Positions 48,901 through 62,470 of a stretch of 64,000 nucleotides of DNA are shown one piece after another. A model generated the notes under the pieces. The model made no database searches, was not told where the DNA came from, and saw nothing but the letters and a program-made list of their open reading frames with translations. This DNA is from Camelus ferus (lineage: Eukaryota), in contig NC_045697.1 in the NCBI RefSeq assembly GCF_009834535.1, positions 94,862,001 through 94,926,000 on the forward strand. Direction: 5' to 3'. Numbering within the stretch: position 1 is the stretch's first letter; each line of letters starts with the position of its first letter. A program made the translations under genes and the position numbers.

Positions 48901-51900
48901 GCCAGGAAGGAAACTACTTCAGTTTTATTTTGTATATTCTTTACTGTAATTTCACTCATAAGTCTCTTCTCCATTGGACACCATGAAATTCAGAACTTAC
49001 TTGGAAGACAATTTTGTCTTTTTCATCCATTTCTTTTTTGAGTTCCATCAGCTATCATTTCACCACTTTTTGATTGTTGTATCTGTTTTGAAATTATGAA
49101 CTTCTGATTTTAGTGCTCCTTCCTATCTTTGGTGTTGTTTAAATTACTTTTGATTCAAGCTGGGATGAAGATCCAGTCTTCCTTTCCTTCACGTCTTTGT
49201 GTATGTATGTGTTGGAGCAGGAATATAGTTATACGCTGAAAAGCTTTTATTTTTTTTCTTTTCGCATTATTTTTCAAATGAGAGCTGTATTCTCTTTTTA
49301 TTCAAGTTTATTTACATTGAATTGTCCTAAAACAATAGGTGATTCAAAATGGGAGGAATTGTAGAAGTTTTGGGTGATTAATTTGCTTTTTAGTATGTGT
49401 GTTTTATTCTATTTCTATCTCTAGGTACATTTCATTAAACTATGCCTTCATTTGGGTAGTAAATTATGTATTACACACATTTCTTCTGAATCTCTGATAT
49501 TATTATACTGTAGTATCACTCATACTTTACTGCTACCATGCTTATGAGGAACACCTTCCTTTCTGTTTCTTCTTCCTTTCCCAGAAACAGTGCCTACTTA
49601 AGAATGCTAGCAGTCTGTTCTTTGATCCACCAGATCTCAGAGGTGTTTTTAATATTTTAAGACAATGTGAAAACTCTCTCTTGGGATAACCCTGGTTAAT
49701 GTTTTATGTTTTTGTCCACTATCAGGACTCTGCTCCTCTCCCTCCAGTCCAACCCTCGCCTAATTCTCCACTCTTGCTTAGACTCAACATAGAACTCTGC
49801 TGATCAGAGATCTGTATTTCTTCACAGACAACAGAAATTAGAGTTTGTTGTGTTCTCTGCTTTGTTGATACGGTAGAATATAGGCTATAGGTGGTTTGAT
49901 TTTATTTGTTTTCTGTTTTGATTGGTATGGGTTTGTCTGTTTGTTTTGGTTTGTTTGTTTTTTCAGAATGTGTGGTGAAATTTGTTAACTTCCAATATCC
50001 CTAGAGAAGTTAAAACTCCCTCTTAATGGAGTACTGTTAATTCTTCCTCCTACTGATATGTATTAATATAGATAAAAACTGTGTTGAATAAAGACTGACA
50101 AGATATTACTGTAGTTTATTAATGATTAGATTCAATTTGAAATAAACAAAACTTGGGATCACTATTGCAATTAGTCTACAAATCTAAAGGATTCAAAGGA
50201 AAAGTAATAAACTAGAAGAAACTTAACTCCTATGTATAAATGCAAAGAAACAAATCTTACTTTGTCAAGAAAAATGGAGATTATCAGGACAACTGATACT
50301 TCAAGGATATATTGAGGAAAGCTACCACGAATTCAAGTTAACTTTTACAATAATAGATTTTAATAATCTTCACAAATATAGTAATTATACATTTCAGTAA
50401 ATGACTGTGGGGAGCAACGTGGAATTTTCATTTCTGGAAATCATCAGAAGATGAAGTACTGTTTTTTTGTTTGTTTTTATGGGAGACTTAAATGGAGTAT
50501 TTCCTGACCAAGAAGAAGTGAGATATATTACTTCTCAGTGTTCTTTTCAGCCATAAACTCAGTTTCTGTGATCCAGCTATGTTTCTCACCTATTATCTTG
50601 CTACTTTTATTCTTTTTGGTATAATGTCCCTTTCCTGTTTCTATGGTGATAGAAAAATGGTACCACTTGGTGCTCCTTACACTTTCCCATGAACAACTTT
50701 TGCCTCACCCCCCAAAAAAGCAGAATTAGTTGGGGGGAAATACTATAGAAATACTGAGCAGCTGGAAATACAAGAACAAAATTTCCTGCAAATGTTCATG
50801 GCTTCAGTTTCATACTTAATTTACCTATAGGACTCAACAAAATCACTTAACCACACAAAAATACTTAACATTTGAAATTGGAAAATTACTGCACTAATAT
50901 CATTAGTAAGAACTATCATCAGCAACATAGAAAACACTCAAATATCTCTAATCCAGAAAATTTTAATTACCTAGCCATGCTAAAAGTAACAAAATCATTT
51001 TCCCAGCTGCTTCTCTATTGCTTATAAAATAAGCCCTTGAGTACAATGATAAGTTAAATGCTACTTTTGTATTCATGAAAAAGGAAGCAGGCTGAAAAGA
51101 GTGCAGCTGCCCCAGTATTTTCAAGAAAATCTTTTATCTTTTGCAGAATCACACACACATTCATATGCATGCGCGTGCACACACATACACACTCACCCAC
51201 CTCCACAAACTTGGAAGAGATAAGAACAATTTTTATCCTGTTTTACATCCTATGTGCTAAAATATTTTGGTTATCAATTGATGATAGGTAAATTAGCAGA
51301 TGGAATAGAAATACAATTTTGGAATAAAAAAAATCCTTTTCTAATGATTATATAGTTTTAACATTTGACATCATTTTTGAGATATTCAAAAGACAGTAGA
51401 TACTTTTATTCTAAATATAATGAAGTGCTATCAATGTAATATTTTAAAAGCCTCATCTAGGTTGCACTAGTATTTTCACTGCACTCAAGTGAAAACAATT
51501 ATTATTAGAAGCCTATTTACTTTCATCTATGTCAAATGTTAAAAAAGAGAAAGAAATATTGCTGAAGTTGTTGCCGTCCAAGTCTATGAAAATACCCCAA
51601 CTTTTAGCTATGAATTTAGAATATAGTGACAATGTGTTTTAAGTATGTTACTTTTTATGAATCCTGTCTAGAAAATTTTCCAATGTCTTGCCCCAGAATA
51701 AAATTCTTCTGTCAGAGAGCTTTTTATTTTTATTTAAAATAATAACTCATTTTCATCTCATCTTTTTGCAATAGTTTATTCATATACAAGCAAACTATAT
51801 CTAAGAAATTAATGCAACTGAAAATTACTTACATAGCATTAAAGCTCAATAATATTTAATACACTATGAGCTTCCATAATTTAATTCCTGCAGAACTCTT

Positions 51901-52079
51901 CTCCTTACTCAAGCTACTTGTTTTACTTCCTCTTTAACTGCTTTCCCAGTGTTTTTCTTCACCTGCTTTATTTTAGTTACTCTTGAAATTTTTGTGTTCT
52001 TTCCTTCTCCCACCTTTCTGGAACCAAAGTAATTTTATCGAAGTCCATAGCTTTGTTTTCCCCACAACAACTCTTGATC

Positions 52080-52244
52080 ATAAACAGATTTACTAGGGCA
52101 TAAATAAACTTTAAGCTTCAGAATTCATTTACAGATGCCCTATTTACAGACACTGTACCAAACGCTGTGTTTCAAAATTTATTTTTTTAAAAGACTTCCA
52201 AAATCATACAAGTTTCTGGCACTGTAAAACTGACATCAGCCCCT
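52080..52244. mobile_element. Arthur1-like hAT-Tip100 non-autonomous element
   Basis: 'gatttacta...taagcttcag' at the left and 'caaaatcatacaagtttctggcac...aaaactgacatcagcccctg' at the right. Confidence 0.45.
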
Positions 52245-53029
52245 GCTCTTGATTGTATACGCCTGGTGAGTTCCAAATGCATATCTGTGATTTCCTTTAG
52301 ATATTTCCACTTAGATATGCTTTCCTACAGGAAGGAGTTTGCACAGGCATCCCAAACACTGTGTGTACAACTTGAATTTATACCTACACTCTAACATTCT
52401 GTTCTGGTATTCCCTACATTAGTAATTTAATTTTCACCCAGCTAGTCATCCAACTAAGAAATGTGACAGGCATGCTTAATCTCCCATATACTTCAGCCCA
52501 AAAAACACTATACGAAATTCATTTTAAACATAGTATGAAAAATCCTGAATGTAACCACCAGTGGCTTCTCCTGCTCACCTACCATACAAGTACCATAAAT
52601 CATGCACATTATTTACAGATCCATTAAATCTGTAGCGACTCTGAATCACTACATCTTGTGCCTAAGATAGTTATTCTCCATCTTTCAGTCTAATTTAGTC
52701 ATCATTGAAACCTGGGCTCTTACTTACCACTTTCTGTGAAGTCTTTTTGAAACCTCTTTCATCAGTATTCACTCATTCTTTTGGAAGGTACACATTTTCT
52801 TCTTCATGATAGCATTGTATTTTGAATCTTTTTAAAACCAAAATTTATTAAAATGGATTATTATCACTCTTAGCTTGATCACGGGACTTTAATCGTCATG
52901 ATTAAAATCCTATTTTATTCATTTTTGTATCTTTATTGTTTTACAAAATAATGACACAAATAATAGCACCTGGTAAGTATGGTGAATAAATACATTTACT
53001 GATTTATTTTGCTGGACCATTTATGTTCC

Positions 53030-54570
53030 AGTCTAGTATCAAACCCCCTACTTGTGTACATGACCACATCTACTCTCTTCTACTTATTCAAAACATCACT
53101 TGAATAACTGCCTCTTTTATTTCCTATGTCATTTTTCCTCCTCTCTACTAGATGACTTCCTTTGGTGTCATAACTGTGTAATATTTCTCATTTTTAAGAA
53201 GTCCACCCCTCACTGTACATGTCCTCCAGTTACCACTCCATTTACTTCTTTCTACAGCAAAACTCTTAAAAAAAGAATTGCATAAACATATCTCTAATTC
53301 CTTTTTTGTTCTTGTGGCTTGAATCATGTGTATTCAGGCTTTGTTCTTATGTTCCTCTGTACCATTTATGTTCATGTCAAGGACACCAGTGACATCTATT
53401 TTGTTAAGTGTTCACTTTTTGCCCTTATCTTCCTGGATTTATTAAGTGCATTTGACATAGATGATGAGATTCTCCTCCTTAAAACACTTTCTTCACTTAG
53501 TTTCTCTTCCTAGCTCATTAGTTGCTCCTTCTTGGTATTTTTTGCTGTGACTCAATGCCCTCTAAATTTGGAAAAATCCAGTGCTCTCTGTTTGAAAAGC
53601 CTCTAGTATTTTGCCTGTGTGTATGTATACATGTCATCTCAAGCAGTGTCATACTTTAAATATCACTTATATGGCAGTGTTTGAAAAATTTGTAAATCCA
53701 GGTTGGACTTTGTCTTTGAAATATATCTATATCAAAAAGCTTAGCTAAAGTGTTCCCCCTTATATCAAATAGAAATTTCATACTTACATTCAAAAACTCT
53801 AAATTAATTTCTCCATTCAGCTGCTCCATTGATAAAGAATTATTTTATTCTTTAAGTTTCTTAGGACCCAATGCTTAGTTATCTTACACTCTTCTCTTTT
53901 TTCGTGTAATTTCCCCCAAATGTCATAGCAAATGATCAGTAAATCCTGCTGATTCTACCTTCAAAATATGTCCAGTGTCCAATCACTTCTTACTACATTT
54001 ATTGCTAACATTCTAATCCAAGCTGCCATTGTATATTACCTGAATTACTGCAGCATATTCCAAAGTGTCAATTCAGCAACCAAAATGATCTCTTAAAAAC
54101 TGAATCAAATCAGATAAATCTGCTTGTAATTGTTCCATGGCTTCTCTTTTACACAGAGTTCAGCCTTTCTTTCCCTGCAACGCCCTAAAAGATTCTTTCT
54201 GCTTCTCAAAATGCCCTCCATCTATTCATTTTCTGAATTTACATCTTATTATTTCATGCCTTTCATCCTGTTCCAACGACTCTGCTGGGGTTGCTACTTC
54301 TCAGTCATGTCAAGCATATGCTTAATCAGCACCCCTCTACTCACTGTCTCCTTTGACTAGAACTTTTCCCCAGATATGATGAGGGAACACTTTGTTAAGC
54401 TCTATGCTCAAATATCACCACATAAAAGAAACTATGTTAACATATATATAACTATCCCTTCCTCCACCATTAGCATTTCCTATACCATCTCTCTCCTATA
54501 CATTTACTTCATAGTGCTTATCACAATCTTTCATAATAAATAATTTATTTCTCTGTTATTTTCCCTTGTA
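53030..54570 (+). mobile_element. Long degraded L2
   Basis: 'tcaaggacaccagtgacatc', 'gcatttgacatag...ctcctccttaaaacactttcttcactt' and 'aaatcctgctgattctaccttcaaaatatgtccag'. Confidence 0.75.
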
Positions 54571-57500
54571 TTAGATTAGCCAAACAGAGTCAAAGAAAAA
54601 TATTCTTCCCAAAGTAATATTCTCAGATCCTTTTGGGAAGACCTGTGAATAGTTGACTATTATCTTTTTATGGATTTCCCTCCTGATATTCATTTCTAAC
54701 TCTGCTTTCCATACAGAAGTTAAATTTTACCTATTTTTTCCTACTGTCGTTGCATTTTCCTTTGAGAATATGGTCACTTTATTGTTTCTCTTATGATATT
54801 CAGTTAATCAGCTCTCTTAGGCTTTCTCAAATTTAAAAAAATGTGTTTATAATGCTTTCTTTAATTGCTTCTATTGCTTTTTTAGTGTTTTATTTAGAAC
54901 ATATAAAGGATACAATACTTTAAGACAGTATCATATTTAAGAAGACCCTAGCCATTCTAGTTTGTTTTACAGGTTTTTTCAGGACATACTTTAAAAAGGA
55001 ATACACATGCATCTGCACACACATACACACACAAGGTAATTTTTGTGAAACTACCTTTTGACTTTTCTACCAGTCAATGTTTCTTAAAATTTTGCTACCA
55101 TGAAGTCTGACAAATGACAGTTTAATACAAGTGTTCCTGATGATTCCATTAATTTCTACCAAAGTCCCCCACCATTGTTTACTGATGTGTTTTTGAATAT
55201 ATTTCCACACGTGATGATTTAACTGTCCAATAATTGGTACAGTAGAACAAATATATATAAAAACAGATAAAATAATATATAATAACAGTAAGATATTAAA
55301 ATTGTGTAGAATTAAATATATACCCTAACTTTGTGCATAAAAATATGACTATAACTAACAACTTACTACATGAAGTCAATAGCAATTTAGAGTATGGCTA
55401 ACCACATAATGTTAGCCACTGACATAAAGATCTCTAAAGGGAGAAATCTGAGATTTCATGGGTACATAAAGTATGAAAATAGAAATATATGAAATGTTAA
55501 ATTTGAATATATGAAAAATTTAATATATGAAAGATTAAATTTATAGTTTACAACATGCTTTAACAATATGTTTTATTACAGCAGTCATTCTGGTCTTCAC
55601 TCAGTTCTATAGTGAGTCAAACACTGGCTTTACATAGAAAAAACAACTTTGAATTTAACTCGGGTGAATGCTGGTCTTTACTCATTATGCATTAATTCCT
55701 TAATATGACATTATATTTCCAGAGATGAAGTGCAGGCCTTTTTCCAAATAGAGACCACATGTTTGTGGAATGTCCAGGCCATACTCCTGTGCCACAGGTA
55801 ATAATTACAACAGCATTTATCAAAGTGGTTTTCTGCAAAAGAGCCATGTGTACCTTCTCCTCTCCAATTGTTATAAATGGAAGGAGACTAGAAAATTAAA
55901 AATAAAATTTCAAGGATGAAGGGGCAGAACAAAATATTAATCAGTTTCTAGCTGTGTTAGTATAACCACTAAATCTTACTTTGAAGTAAGCAAAGAGCCG
56001 ATCCTTGGGGAGAAAAGAATGAACATAAAGGGAGCATTTTAAAAGTCTCTCATCTTCTTTGGAATATTTGTTTCTTAAATTCTCCATTCTTCTTAGTATT
56101 AGATTTTAAAGGCTTCCAACTAAGCTTTGAAACTGATATGCTCTTGAAGTTGTTAGGCTGAAGTGGAGGAGTTGACATATTTATTAAAGCATTTTTTGAT
56201 TATGATAAACAATTCCTATAAATTGCTCCGGTACCTCTATAACCAAATATCTCTAAGTATATTTCATTTCTTTATCTAAAGCATTTTCCCAGCCAAAATA
56301 TCTATATTGAAGTGAAATATTCAACTTTCATATCAAATTTTTAATTCACTGCCTGATGCCAAAATATTATTTAATATCGTAAGTGTGCAGATTATTGAAT
56401 TCAATAAGTAAAACATTCAGATTCTACTATCTTGTATCCAAAATACAGTGAAGTAACTGTTGCTATTAATTAAAAAATGATGCAGTTTTAAAATTCCGAT
56501 GCTTGGAAATGTTTAAATTATTGAAGAAATAATTCTACAAGACTTTTTAAGCTGATCCTAATTTTCTATTTTTAATAAATTATATGCATAAACTTAACCG
56601 TATATACATGACAAATACACAAAAACTCAACGATAGTCCTCAATATCTCCTCTGTAAGTGTTTTATATTACCTCTTTTATAGTATTGTGATCGTTAAAAT
56701 GATATATATACACACACATACACACACACACTCACTTCTATATCCTGTAACTGGAGCTAAAGTAATCTAATTATACTATCAAATTTAAGTATACATGTTT
56801 TCTAGCGATTAGTCTTTGAAAGTTCAATTATAAGTGTATGAAATATTCATTCTAATTTTCATCAAATATTGGCAAACTTCTCTCACTTGAATGATGCTAC
56901 TCTGCTAAAGAGGCAGCCAGGGAACTGCCCTATACGAGGGCAACATCTCTGTGGCAAGTTAAATTGGACTAGATGAGCACTGAAATTAAATCAACAGGCA
57001 TTATCACACATATTTTACTTAGCTAAGACTCTGAACACTGATTAACCCCCTTTTCAATCTATGAAATCAAAAAGAAAGATTTTTTGAATTTTCAAAATTA
57101 TCTGAACTTTGCTCTCAGGATATATAAATGTAACAAAAGAATATTTAAGTAGGTTAGTCCAACTTCTACATGCAAATATTTTATACTGTTTACAAACTTT
57201 ATAAAAGCCCATGTATATGTCCTTTTCCTTTCTTATTTCTTCTTCTTCTTCATTAAAAAAATTTACTCTTAGGCATCAGTTTTATAGTAAAAGAGAAACA
57301 TAAGATTCTTATGTGCCTCCATTTGATTCCAATTTGTCACCTCAGATATGCTAGCATGATGTGACTAAGCTTAATTGCTTTGGCTGGTATGTAGGAATAT
57401 TATCACTTATTGGTATATTAAAAAAAAACACTTAATGTATTAGAATTTTTTAAAATATTTGCCATGTTACAATCAATCCTGTTCCTTGAAAAATGGTAGA

Positions 57501-58074
57501 ACTAGTAAATTTTAATTGTTGTTTCCAAAGCTGTGTACAAAAAGATTCTGTTCCTTTCCAACATGCTATCATTACTGAAATACTCATGAGAATGTTGTGC
57601 AATAATTGTGAATGCTTGCAATTTTATTATTTTTACTAAATAACAGGGAAGATAGGAAAATAAGGATCCTTAGTGCCTTGAACAAAGTGAAAAAGTGCTG
57701 AATATTTATTACTATGGCTCGTCCTTTCTCCCTCAGTGAAGGTAATAAAATAAGTCAGATCACCTTCCTTGCTTTTAAGTATTCCCAAGCACCTGTCATG
57801 GAGTCTAGCTATGAAAAGCACTCATGGGCCTTACATAGTTAGACATTTGGGACATTTAGAACAAAAAAGAAACACTATAAGCAGAAGGCTGCAGGTAATA
57901 TTTGAATATTGTTTAACATTGTCTCAGGTAGAAAATAAAAGGGACAGCAAAATAACCTCTTTAAAGATCTCTTCATGACAAGAAACTTTTGTCTAATTCT
58001 TTAACAAATAATCCATTCAGACTTAACTCAGGGGAAAAAAAAGGATTTTTTAAAATCATTCACAAGGTTTTAAA

Positions 58075-58175
58075 ATACTACCTCTGAAGGGTTCTTACCG
58101 ATAGCCCATGAGATAAGTGAAAACACGTAATTTATACCTGACACATAAAAGGCATTCAATGTTAATTTTTGTCTC
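58075..58175 (+). mobile_element. MIR 3' fragment
   Basis: 'tactacctctgaagggtt...atgagataa...cctgacacataaaaggcattcaa'. Confidence 0.5.
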
Positions 58176-58233
58176 TCAAGATAAACTGCTATGTACATTT
58201 TTCGTACATTCAGGGAATTTTTTTGTATATATA

Positions 58234-58625
58234 TTTTTCATTGAAGTATAGTCAGTTTACAATATTGTGTCAATTTCTGGTGTACAGCATAATGCTTCAA
58301 TCATACATGGACATACATATATTTGTTTTCATATTCTTTTTCACCATAAGTTGCTATAAGATATTGAATATAGTTCCCTGAGCTATACAGTATAAACTTG
58401 TTCTTTCTTTCTTTTATATATATTAGTATCTGCAAATCTCGAGCTCCCAATTTCTCTCTTCCCACCCCCTTCCCCCGCTGGTAACCATAAGTTTGTTTTC
58501 TATGTCTGTAAGTCTGTTTCTACTTTGTAAGTAAATTTGTCTTTTTTTTTTTTAGATTCCACATATAAGTGATATCATACGGTATTTTTCTTTCTCTTTC
58601 TAGCTTACTTCAATAGAATAACAAT
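58234..58625 (-). mobile_element. Camelid-like L1 3' end, 5' truncated
   Basis: 'attgaagtatagtcagtttacaatattgtgtcaatttctggtgtacagcataatg...ttagattccacatataagtgatatcatacggtatttttc'; homologous to the copies at 41.3 and 48.6 kb. Confidence 0.88.
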
Positions 58626-61088
58626 ATTTTTATGGTTTATTTATTTTAAAATATATGTCATTATTTTATTCTAGAGTCAGAAATCACCTTAAAACTATAT
58701 GGTTTGAGCCAATGATTTTATAAACGAAAGAAAAAAAAGTAAAGCCAAAAAATCTTATGAGAACTCTGAGTTATAACAACCCAGTATTTTCCAATTTTTA
58801 GCTTGTGTTCTTTCAATCAGTCTTTTAGCCTTGTCTCTTTACCTTGATTTATCAACTCCATGACTGCAGGAAATCTTTCTGTGTCTGGACCTCCCATAGT
58901 GTCCAGCACAGCTGCCAACACATATGTTCATTTGATATTTTCTGGTAAGTTTTAAACTAATGGAGTGTACCATAGTTCTAAGATGGGGTCAAAAGAACTG
59001 AGCAATCTTCAGTAATGAGAGGTGCAATTTAAATGGGAGCATCAGGCCAGTTTGAAAAGAAAATAGTGTTTCTGTCCTAAAATTGCAGTATTATATATAT
59101 TATTGTGAAATCTGGGTATTCCTCTTTATGCTTCTTTAGTAAATAGAAATGTCTGTAAGTAACACACTCAGAATTACTCTTATAATACTCTTCTATAAAA
59201 CAATAAACAAATGAACTAAGGTAAATATATTAAAGTTTCATTAGATCCCCTGCTTGATCCTCATATATAATCTTTCCTTGTATCTTTTAAGTTCCCACTC
59301 AGCATGTGGGCTGCTTTGTTGATTTTCTTATAATAAAAGATATTTAATTAAAATTTTCATGGTCAAGAAAAAGGGAATTCATGCCTACTCGCTATATTAG
59401 CAACTGTTTCACCATTATTTTATAAACACTGAACATTAAAAATATTGACTTAAATCACTTTAAGTTTTTTTCTAGTAAACATCAATACTCATCTTGCTTT
59501 AAATATTTAAAACAAGTCCAAATTATTTAGTGAAGCTATATATTTTTTGAGGTTGAAGAGTTTCATAAAATTCTTCTAATGGCTCCACTGGTTAGAACAA
59601 AGTTATTTTCTAAGTATTCAGTCATTAGAGGATGATGGAGATTTCCAAAGAAATAAATGCCAATATTCTGATTCAGATTGGTGGGAAAATAGCTTCTGCT
59701 TTGAAAACCATGCCTAAGTGATTAAGGGAAAAAGTGGTATTTTGTATTCTTGGCTCTCTGTGATCCTCTCAAGTGAACATATGGAACTGAATATGGGATT
59801 AAATCAAATACTGAATGCTCTAAACTCTCCTCTACCTCAGTTTTTCTCTTTCAATTTATTTTTTTCCTTTTAACCCAGATCAAATCTCGCCATATGTTGG
59901 TTCCCATTTAGAATAGCAACAATTTTCTGTAGATTGCTTCTGTGTTACATGAAAAACCCTGGGGTAAATGTCATTAACTGTAGTTTTAGCCATTAGTCTC
60001 AGCGCATCATTATTCGATTGACTTTCCATAGAATCTTCTCTGTATGTGTAATTCTGACTAATTCAACTCTCAGTCTGGAAAACTTTTAAGAATCCATTAA
60101 ATGTAATGATTTATCTTAAGCAATATAAGCAGCAAGGGGAAATCTGAAGAAGTAATAGTTGAAAGCAAGCCTAAAATTAGTTTTTCTATTTTTATCTTAA
60201 AAAAGGTGACAAAAAAGAATTTATATTTGAGTTATATCTCTATTTAAAATATGGAAAACTGTAAGAATAAAAGTAAATATAAATGAGAAACCAGAAAAAT
60301 ATAGTTACTTTGAATATTATACATAAAAATAGATGATATAACATCAAAATAAAATTAGCAATTTTGAAAGTACTGTGTGAACACTTTTGCTACATTAATG
60401 TAAATTATAGATTATATATATTTATATGTTATTCATCATATTTCTACATATTTAAGTTTGAAATACAAACAGTTAAAAAGTGTATTTTAAATGTTCACTG
60501 CTTTTGAAAACCATTTACAGCTACTGTCTTTTTAAAAAGAAACAAGTTAGTCTTTATAAATTTAAGTCCTTCCACGGGTGTTAAAAGAGGACCCAGATTG
60601 TAGGGTTCTTCCACAAAAATCATTTCTATCTAGGCGTCAGATCTTGTAAATATCAGGTCCCAGGAGCATAGAATAAAATATAATCTATTGAAATACCAGA
60701 CCCAGAGAGCTAACCAGAAAAGTTTTATGGAATTTGTTGCTCAAAGGCACATATCAACATAAATATCAAGCAAACAATCAAATACTCATGAAATATTGAC
60801 AGTAAACAAAATGCATGAACTTATGTGGCAGAAATGAAAGATTCTTTAACTGAATAAATAAATTATTCTAGAAGGTTCATTCATTGGCTAAAGGAACTGG
60901 AAATAGGTAAAGACATTTATCTACCCTTCTTTAATTCATCTACCTGGGCCAAATTGAGTAATCAATGCTAGACTCTAAACAGATAAACTCTGGCCTACGC
61001 TTGGGTGTAGAAAGAAAACGTAAAAGTATAAACACACACCTGCATCTTTTATTCTTGTTTTCTTGATCCAAAGGCAAGAGATACTCAC

Positions 61089-61119
61089 GATTGACTGCAG
61101 TATTCCTTAGAACTGAGAT
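61089..61119 (-). other. Candidate 31-nt microexon of an unidentified transcript
   Basis: Reverse complement: 'attgacataccattgttttccacag|ATCTCAGTTCTAAGGAATACTGCAGTCAATC|gtgagtat', giving a branch-like TGAC, a pyrimidine tract, CAG and a consensus GTGAGT donor. Confidence 0.35.
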
Positions 61120-62299
61120 CTGTGGAAAACAATGGTATGTCAATAATGTTAGTTTAATATCATGTCTTGGAGTATACTTTTTCTACTACTGGTACACCAT
61201 TTTTCAGGAGCTGGCTTTGTCATGACTGAGTAGGATCGATTATTGCCATCAAAATTTACATGTCACACCTCATAACTGCTCTATGTCCTGACCAGAGCTC
61301 AGCCTTCTAATAGTGTTGCCCTCCTTCTGTCTGTCACACTAAAGCCCTGTCCCCATTTTCATATCTCCAGACGCTATTACCTAGGCTGGAGCCCAAACAG
61401 ACTTCTCTTTGGCTTATTTACTCGGAGGAGCAGACTACGTGGATATCTACGTGTGTCTTGTATGTCTGTGTAAACTAACTTTTTTACTCAAAATGTCTAC
61501 AACGCTTAAAGATGTTAAGTAATTCTAAAGTATCAAAAGATTTTAACCAAAAAACTCTACCAGTTATAAAATTAATTCTAATTGTAACAACCCATTACCA
61601 AAACATACTGACCTCCCAATGTTAATATATTTAGTTTGCTTTTCATTTCCAAATTGAAATAATAAAAAGCATTATTTTGTTGGAATTTATCTATGCCTAG
61701 GTTGATATGGGCATTCCATTTCTCACCTTCTAAGATGAGATAATAAAAAAACAGAAGTTGAAAAGTTTTCCTATTTTTATAAGTGCACTTTGAAAAATAA
61801 TCATATCACTTCTTAATATTGAATCAGAAAAATTCTCATAGAAAAGATATGTAACCCTTTCTACCACATGCAACTAGAGTTTTAAAGTTAGAGGTATGTT
61901 TTGAGAAGAAAGTAGGGCAATAGAAAAACAGAAGAACAAAACATTAGTTCAAAAGGATCCATTTACTGGAAACCTAGAATTATTGAAGTAAATACTTCCT
62001 TTTTGGGTTTACCAAGTATACTTTTCAGAATTCTAAATTATTTCCATTCTCTGTATATGATGAAACTAGTTTATCACACAGAGCCATTCTAAAGACAAAT
62101 AATATAATAGACGTATTTTGTCTTAAGGCAGGATTTTCTTTCTTGATCAATAAACAATTATAAAACCTTCATCTTGTTCTTATAGAACCCATCAACAATG
62201 CTGAATATTTTAGAATCAGAAGTCTTCAGGAAACCTTGCATCGTTTCTTAAGATATATTTCAGAGTATTTAGTTTGCAAAATACTCTAGGAGAAAATAA

Positions 62300-62470
62300 T
62301 GACAGTGGTGGTAGAGGAGATATATTGTTGAATACGTTTGGGAAACTGCAAATTATATCTCTTGGTAATTTATAAAGCATATTAGTATATTAAAACCAAA
62401 AATTTGTTCAGAAGAGAATGTTAAACACTTAAGAAACAGTTTAACAAAATATTTTCCAAATTAATCTGCC
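62300..62470. mobile_element. hAT-Charlie MITE fragment (MER103C-like); similar piece at ~11400-11520
   Basis: 'tttgggaaactgca...gcatattagtatattaaa...tttaacaaaatattttccaaatt'. Confidence 0.4.

Noticed and set aside
48950..49900. T-rich tract as a possible very old L1
   Set aside because: Plausible, but too decayed for me to assign a family or boundaries.
51150..51192. Alternating purine-pyrimidine tract (Z-DNA potential); also near 15398 and 20822
   Set aside because: Short, interrupted, decayed CA microsatellites that are very common in mammals.
60114..60126. Partial complement to miR-137 (TTAAGCAATA)
   Set aside because: Only ~10 nt in AT-rich DNA with no hairpin precursor; expected by chance.
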